The notes under the pieces were generated by a model, which worked only from the letters and a program-made list of their open reading frames with translations, was not told the DNA's origin and made no database searches. 64,000 bases of DNA from contig CDRNVI010000054.1 in the NCBI GenBank assembly GCA_977017575.1, forward strand, positions 558,001 through 622,000, read 5' to 3'. Shown piece after piece: positions 57,098-64,000 of the stretch (positions are counted from its first letter, which is position 1; every line of letters starts with the position of its first letter). The position numbers were made by a program, and so were the translations under genes. Source of the DNA: Paramoeba atlantica. Taxonomy: Eukaryota > Protista > Discosea.

Positions 57098-58822
57098 CCG
57101 GTTGGCTTATGACCCCCAAACGGGCAACACTGGGTCACGTGGGATATGTTTTTGTTGAAAACTTACAAACGTGTTTTGTACAAAATTGTCATAGATGAAG
57201 AATATCACCAAACACCATAACAAACTGCTATAACAATTACTAAGAATTGTTAATAATACTGATAAGAGTATCGGTAGGTGATGTACTATCAGTGTCAGGG
57301 AAGACCGCGTGGAGGTCCTGACCATACTTCCCCATGCTGAGTGTGTGTCAAGTATGGGATGAAATTAGTACAGAAACGTAGGTAAGTATCGGTAGGTCGG
57401 TGTCTGTACCATCAGTGGGATAGCAGTGCCTGGGAAGACCACGTGGAGGTCCATAAAGATTCATTTAAGGATCATTAAAGAAGTTTCGAACCATTCCTTG
57501 AAGGGGCTCATCGGATAGATGCTGTTTTTTGTTCTCAATGTAGAGCATGTGCCCAAATTCTCGTTCCATATGTGTTTCGGAGTAGATCCGATTGGTTGTT
57601 TGTCGGAAGACTCGAATGTGTTTATATTTTTGAGAACCAGTGCTTTTCCAATAATCTTCCACAACTTGACGTTGCATAATCGTCCAACATGAGATCGAAT
57701 TCCGCTTCAAGAATCTCTCGTGTTCCATTATTTGCAAAAGTCGTCGCACCCTACTCTTTATCCCGAAGTATACTAACATTGCTTCAACGACAATACGCTT
57801 CATCTGATTGATAGCTTTGTCCGTAGAAAATTCCGTGTACAAAAATCCGAGTATAGCTGCTAGTGATAACACATCCGAAGATACTGTGCAAGATTTGAGC
57901 TGCCTCCCGTGGCAGTATACCACTGTTCGAAAAGTGTAAAGAAACCATTCACGCATTGAAGATCAGTCGTGTCGGATGTTTCACACAAATTGCCGAGTAC
58001 ACGGAGTGGAATAAGTAAATGAAATATTTTCATCATATTCTCCTGGTCTCACATTGTTAACGAAGTTGCTATTTCCGAGGAGTTGCTTGCTTTGAGCGCA
58101 GCTCGAATCTGCTCATACCCTGACTGCCAGCGCTTCTCATTCTTTTTAGGAAGAGTATTTCCCGTGCTTCCTTTGTATCAGTCGCTAAGCGCAAGACATG
58201 TAATCCACTCAGGTATTAATGAGGTCCTTTGTGAACACGGACGCTGCGTCTCGCAAATTATATCATTGCACAGTTGTACAACATGTGGCCAACACGGTAA
58301 AATAAATACATGATATTGAATATCATGCATTGTGCGAGAGCCAGGCAGGTGGATTTTTGTAGAATAACACATCGAATTGCAGAGAAGAGGTGCACGGTGA
58401 ATCGGACACTGCGTCTGCGAGAGCGAGTAAAATTAACTACCGCTTATTATACTAAGTAGTATAAGCATTATAAGTATAAAGATAGTAATGGGATTATGAT
58501 GAGATTGCACGTAGCTAGTATCGGAGCCTTTTTAAGGATCCCAGTTTAATGCGCAAACGATCAAGTGTCAATTGTCCAACTTCAAAATGCTTTTCAGAAT
58601 CATCAATTTGATTCTGGCGATCTGCTCTTGCTCGTCTCCATTGCTTCAATAATTCCTAAGGAAATTTCAATTCTTCATTTAGATAAAAGGGCATCTGCAA
58701 GGCTTCCTTAAGTCGCTTTTCCAATATGTTCCTCCAGGGTATGTACTTGTACATACCCTGGAGTTTACTCGTAGTGAATCACTGCGGTTCACTACGGGTA
58801 AACTCACTAACCCGGGGCGCAG

Positions 58823-59540
58823 TTTAATATCTAAATGCGCTTTAATATCCAAATGCGCTTTAATATCCAAATAAACACTTTAATATCCAAATAGGCACTT
58901 TAATATCCAAATAGACACTTTAATATCCAAATAGCACTTTAATATCCAAATAGGTTTTTTCACTTGTCCAAAACAAGGTTTTCAGTCAAATAAGTTCTGA
59001 GTCACATCATGGAAACTGTCGCACCCGAATGCTTGAAGGGCCATTCGGAAGCAGTTTCAACGCGGCGCAAAGTCGGGAAATAGAACCGGGCCTCTAGATT
59101 CCTTTTTTACGATGCAGTCGACATCAACGCGTCAAGAAAGCAACACGCAAGCCATTGAAGAACTGTAATTTCAAGTAGTGATCAAGTGGAAAGATGAAAT
59201 TGACGTTTAAGATCCAAGAAGCAAGTGAAAAGTTGTTGAAAGGAAAAGTTGAAACATAAAGTTAAAAGACAACGTGAAAGACCCTCATTGTCTTGCTATC
59301 CCCTTACCAGGCGGCACTCGACGCCTTGCGCCCCGAGCACGTCTACCCGACCGTAGCTACCAGGACGGGCTTTCAAACCCGTTCCATCGTGCAGGCTATG
59401 TCTCAAGCCTCCTTTGCGTAGGCAACTCGCAATTTAGCGTCTGCACTGGATCCTGGTTCAGCCTATTTGGATATTAAGATGCTTGCACTTTAATATCCAA
59501 ATAGAAACTTTTGCACTTTAATATCCATATAGCACTTTAA
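58823..59540. repeat. Array of 18-20-bp units (cactttaatatccaaatag) with one inverted copy
   Basis: Seven direct units at 58823-58954, an inverted unit at 59462-59482, and further direct units at 59485-59540. Confidence 0.85.
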
Positions 59541-61692
59541 TCATAGCCAAAAGGGTAAGTCGGGTAATTACCCACCTAGCGGGTAAGTGCGGGTAATTAC
59601 CCGGGTAAGTGTACCCACTTACCCGCACTCACCCACACTTACCCGCTGGGATACACAGAGTACCATGAGTGAGGTGGCAGTGTCTGTCAGGGATGACCGT
59701 GAGTAGGTACCGACCTTGCTTCCCCATGTTGAGGGTGTCAAAGGGTTTCGTAGAACTAGCTGCTCGGCGTCTGTACCATTAGTGAGATGGTAGTGCCAGG
59801 GAAGACCGCGAGGAGGTCCCGACCTTGCTTCCCTGGTTCAGGGTGTCAAAAAGTTTCGGGGGAAGCTGCCTTCATAGAAAGAGCGTAACGGACCCTCCGT
59901 AAGGGAAGATGCCTCAGGGGAGATTTGTCTTTCCGGGGAAGGTTGTGTCTTTGACTGCATAGGGAAAAGTAGAGTCGTGAAAGTGAGGTAACTGTAGTGT
60001 ACTTTAATTTAGAAACATAATTTTCAGGCTACATCCCAATTTAGAACGTGTAGAATTCTACATAGACTGCCAATTATGTTTATCGTTTGAGTAGTTTTCC
60101 TACTTTTCTCGCCAGTGTATATACGCAGCGATTACTTATAAAAATCTTCGTTAAACGCGGTGGTTGTTTTCAACTTAGAAGTCACTCATGCTGCGCGCTT
60201 CGCGTTGAAAACTACCTCCGCGTTTAACGAAGAGCCTAAAAAAGAAAAATTGGTTACGAAAGCCGAAGAGACCGGAAGGATTTGAGCCAAAAATTGGCGA
60301 TTTTTAGGTAAAAATGGGGGCATTTTTGCGTAGTTTTGCTCGGAGAGCGCTAAATCCGACATTTACGTGTGGGAAATCACTCGTAGGCAAGAATTCAAGG
60401 CTGCAGAACGTAATGGGTAGAGAATCCGACTCCAATCACACCATTCTTCCGTCACAGAAAGACCTCTCTGAGTCCGAAAATTACTTTTTCGCGTTTTCTG
60501 GCCAAAAATGGGTCATTTTGTGAGGCGTACCACGGCTCCAAAAAGGCGTACCTTGCGAAAACAACGTCGTTGAAAGATAGTATAGGTCCCAAACTATTAA
60601 AATACAATAGGGGAAACAATTTTGAAAAAATATTTTTTTTACCATTTTTTTCGCCAAGTTGAATTTTTTTTCAAAAAATTTTTTCCGAAAAAATACGAAC
60701 TTGGCAGACCCGTCCTGCGCATACGAGGGGGGTCACCCCCGGGTAGGGGGGTGGAAAATGCGCGCCAAGACCCCGGCTACCCCTTCTGCGGTTTTTTTCG
60801 AAAAATAATTTTTTCAAAAAAAATTCCGTGCGGTATGCCCCCCCCCCCTAGACCCCCCCCTAGACCCCCCATTTTTTTAATTTTTTTGTTCAGTTTTGGA
60901 CCACCGGAGCCCCATTTTATATTTTTTTCCTTTATTATATTACTGTGTTCCTCTTTGTATTTTCACTGTTTTTGTTCACTTTTTTTTCAATAATCGAGGG
61001 TAGAGCGGTAGTTATACAACCACCGCAATCTTTATATTATAGGTGCACAATGAGCTCTTGTGCTTCTATCAAACATACGTACGTATCAAATGTACGTACC
61101 TATCAAATATACGTACGTAATATAAAAAATATCGTAGATACATCGTATTTGTTTCGTACATAATATAAATCGAATGTCAGAATACAAAATGCAAATATTT
61201 TTTGCAATGGGAAAAAACAAAGCGAATGATAAGGAAAGACGGAAAAAAAACCACGTAAAATGAGAAAACAAAATTTTGAATATTTCACTTACATTATTCG
61301 GCCATAAAATAATCTTTTCAAAACATTCCCAAAAATGATTCCTGAATGCAATACAGGACTACTTCTATAGAAGTTCTACTTAGAAGTTCTACTTCTGTAG
61401 AACTACTCTTCCCCACTGAGGTCGCCATTCGATATTTCATCGTCATCGTCTGTCTCATCCTCACCCGCCACTTCATTCACATGCTCGGTTAAGTAGCCAA
61501 GCTTCTCGCTGTTGCCACGGATAAATATTTGATTAGCGATCACATGAGGTGTAATTGAAGGTTGTCGTGAATTGAACATGTACGACAATATCGATAACCA
61601 TGGATCACATTAGGTGACCAGCGGCGGCGTCCATAAGTAATGTCTTGCAGCAGTAAAAACATTCGGGAAATAGTGACGACTCACACCACCAC

Positions 61693-62292
61693 TCATATTC
61701 GTTGGCGTGCGAGCGGATCCCATCTGTAGTCCTCATATGCTACATACATGTATTCCTTCCACTCCTCCTCGGTAATGCAAAAAATTGGAGGCTCGTTACT
61801 ATTTTCTGGACGGTACAGAGATCCGGGAAAGAGATTGTTGGCGCGTTCCCAAGAAATTGGGGGAGTGTTTGATGGTCGAGCGCATTGCACTATCCAACTT
61901 GGTCTGAACCACATAACCTCCTTCCAAAATTTCATATTATGGTTCTTTTCCAGTCGATGCTTGTGATGGTTTAGTGCTTCTAGGAAACCCGGAGGTGCAT
62001 CTCGAGATGAAGCGTACTCGAAGAGTAGCTCTAATGTCTGAGCAACGTGCGCTGCCATAGGCTGCCCTATCATATCAGAAAATTTTTTTAGGGCGACACG
62101 TTCTAACCCTCCTGTCTCCCGGTGGCGTTTAACCCATCGAGAGACAGTAGCTTCACTGCATTTCATAAAAGCAGCAGTGTCTGTAATCGAACGTCCCTGG
62201 TTTTGTACCTCATGCACGCAAATTATACGTGTTTCATAAGTGATTTGTTGCGTCGAGAGGGTGCGTCTCTGGCGGCGAAGTGTTTTCGGCAT
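61693..62292 (-). CDS. 199-aa ORF with a Tc1/IS630-type HTH fused to an unrecognised C-terminus
   Basis: GRSITDTAAFMKCSEATVSRWVKRHRETG resembles the HTH of 11466-12587; no DDE motifs follow. Confidence 0.5.
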   Translation of the reverse strand: MPKTLRRQRRTLSTQQITYETRIICVHEVQNQGRSITDTAAFMKCSEATVSRWVKRHRETGGLERVALKKFSDMIGQPMAAHVAQTLELLFEYASSRDAPPGFLEALNHHKHRLEKNHNMKFWKEVMWFRPSWIVQCARPSNTPPISWERANNLFPGSLYRPENSNEPPIFCITEEEWKEYMYVAYEDYRWDPLARQRI

Positions 62293-62697
62293 AAATGATG
62301 GGTTAGAAAGAGTTAAATGGTATTTTATTCATAGTTTGATGCGCTAAAATGATAAAAAATGATAAAAGTCTGATCTTTTGCAGAATTTTCGGGGAAAAGG
62401 TTCAGTAAAATATGCTTATGACGTCACATCAGCTTCAGGGGAGGCAACAATGGTGCCAGTAGTCTTAAAAATTCGAGATCTGTTGAATGCCCAAGAAATT
62501 AGGTCAAAAGCTCGCACGGTACAATTTTTTTTGTCCTTTTTTCAAAAACAAAATCAGCCCCCCCTTTATACAACCAAAAGTCAGGTTCCCCCCTTTATAC
62601 TTCCAAAAGTACTGAAACCGGCGGAAGTATAAAGGGGGGGTGACAGTACATGTATTTATAATATTTAAAAAAAATTATAGTACTATGTAGTACTATA

Positions 62698-63813
62698 CAG
62701 GGGGGGCCATGAAAACTGACAAGGTCCGCATTTTAGCATCCTGAGGCCGTTTGAGCTGATTTTTGTTGCAAACGAGAGATCTCGTTCTGAATATCGTGTC
62801 TACGCTATTTAAAATACAAAAACGTTCACCGGAAAACATTTCCAATGAGTTACAAAAGTGAAATTTTAAAGATTTTGCAAATTGAAAAACGGGTCTAAAA
62901 TTCGTAATTTTTAGTACCACGGCCCAAAAAGTACCCAGAAAGTAGGTCTTAATAGCCAGTATTCCCACCTTCACGCTCACGTAGTATAGCGAGGCGCGTG
63001 GGAAGACTCTTTAGCGTGTTCACATACGCCTCGTGACATTCGTTCAACAAATATTCCTTGGCCTTTGGAATAGCAGCTTGTAATTCTTTTCGATTATGTG
63101 GACGAAGATGGCTGTGGATGTATTTATCCATCATGCTCCACAAATTCTCAATCAAATTGAGATCAGGAGATTTCGAAGGTCAATCAATAATTTTGATGTT
63201 TTCCAACTTACCTATTCTCCTGGCTTCCCCATGCCCTGGCGCGTTGTCAAGGACAACTGTAGCCCCGGGGCGGCGATGCATCCAGTTGAAAAACCCATTT
63301 CGTTTTTTCATTGCATTCAAAAAGACCTCATTTGTAACAGTTTCATTTTGTGCGAACTCATGGAAACACGCATCAGGCACTTCCCAACGGAGACTGGTGG
63401 CCATGAATACATGAACTCCTTTCCCCCCATACCACCTATCTATTCGTACTGGTGTTTCCTTGGGGGGGTCAGTCATTTTTGCAAGGTACGTAATTTTTTT
63501 ACCGCGTGATCCGCATCGAAAGATTTTTTCGTCGCACCACACAATACGAGACATCTGATATGGGCTGAATCCCTCAAAGTAATCAGCAAGTTGTAGTCTA
63601 GCAGCCTTGTGCTCACCTGTTAAAAAAAGGCTTGTGCGACATCGTCTTAATGACGTATCCCATCCTTTTCAAACTCTAACTTTTATTACCAGAAACGGGC
63701 TCCAAATAGCGTAGACACGATCAGAACGAGATCTCTCGTTTGCAATAAAAATCAGCTCAAACGGCCTCAGGACGGCAAAATGCGGACCTTGTCAGTTTTC
63801 GTGCCGCCCCCCC
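62698..63813 (-). mobile_element. Internally deleted Tc1-like element (second family) with ~110-bp TIRs
   Basis: TA|caggggggccatgaaaactgacaaggtccgcatttt... and its reverse complement at 63715-63813. Transposase remnant VWCDEK, VLDNAPGH, D*PSKSPDLNLIENLW, GGNTGY*. Confidence 0.85.
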
Positions 63814-64000
63814 TACGGGCTACGGTTCACTACGGGTAAACCGCAGCATCATAGTACTATAAATCTATAAAAATCTATAACAGAAAAAAGTGATCAAAAA
63901 CGTTTTGATGCTCTCTTTTAGCACCAAAGACACCATGTACAAAGTCAATTTATGACAGGCAGTTTAATAATAGTCAATTTATGACAGTTTAATCAAGTTT

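Noticed and set aside
57367-57378. Antisense SL-like match gtacagaaac
   Set aside because: Only 10 nt, expected by chance.
57300-57450. 5S rRNA fragment (gaccatactt; gcctgggaa.acc)
   Set aside because: Only short matches in the wrong order, with no 120-nt 5S fold.
58823-58954. CRISPR array
   Set aside because: The units abut with 0-4 variable bases, there are no spacers or cas genes, and the context is eukaryotic.
7224-63182. Stop-codon reassignment suggested by single in-frame TAA codons (7224, 20465, 23941, 33409, 41356) and a TGA at a conserved W (63180)
   Set aside because: The aligned residues are inconsistent (Y, Q/R, K-like). ORFs of 600-800 codons contain only one such codon, and TAA, TAG and TGA all end intact genes. 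One YR copy shows TAG where another has TGG. Ordinary nonsense mutation is sufficient.

Overview
Eukaryotic, intron-free, transposon-saturated region, most likely from a kinetoplastid-type euglenozoan. This is inferred from three copies of a kinetoplastid-like spliced-leader (SL) sequence and from the strict co-orientation of the host genes; a prokinetoplastid such as Perkinsela is plausible but cannot be proven here. The host content is one gene family: about 15 leucine-rich-repeat (LRR) loci, all on the + strand, about 11 with intact frames and 4 broken. They share an N-terminal 'KV.G..LPQEY.L' motif and a 'W...T.AC.W.GV.C' cap. Between and inside them lie two kinds of RLE-type non-LTR retrotransposons (R2-like and CRE/SLACS-like), Tc1/IS630-like DD32E transposons and their TA-flanked MITEs, a Merlin pseudo-transposase, tyrosine-recombinase retroelement fragments, a 124-bp tandem repeat, a 300-bp foldback and tandem segmental duplications (35-53 kb). 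Most notable: (i) SL relics at the 5' ends of retro-insertions, two of them at the same codon register of an LRR repeat; (ii) a 6.5-kb TIR-bounded, TA-flanked Tc1-type element carrying an intact LRR gene; (iii) amino-acid variation concentrated on the LRR concave face plus repeat-module shuffling among near-identical paralogs; (iv) an R2-like element with three Mer3/HFM1-like Cys/His motifs. Everything was done by eye; boundaries are approximate where stated.
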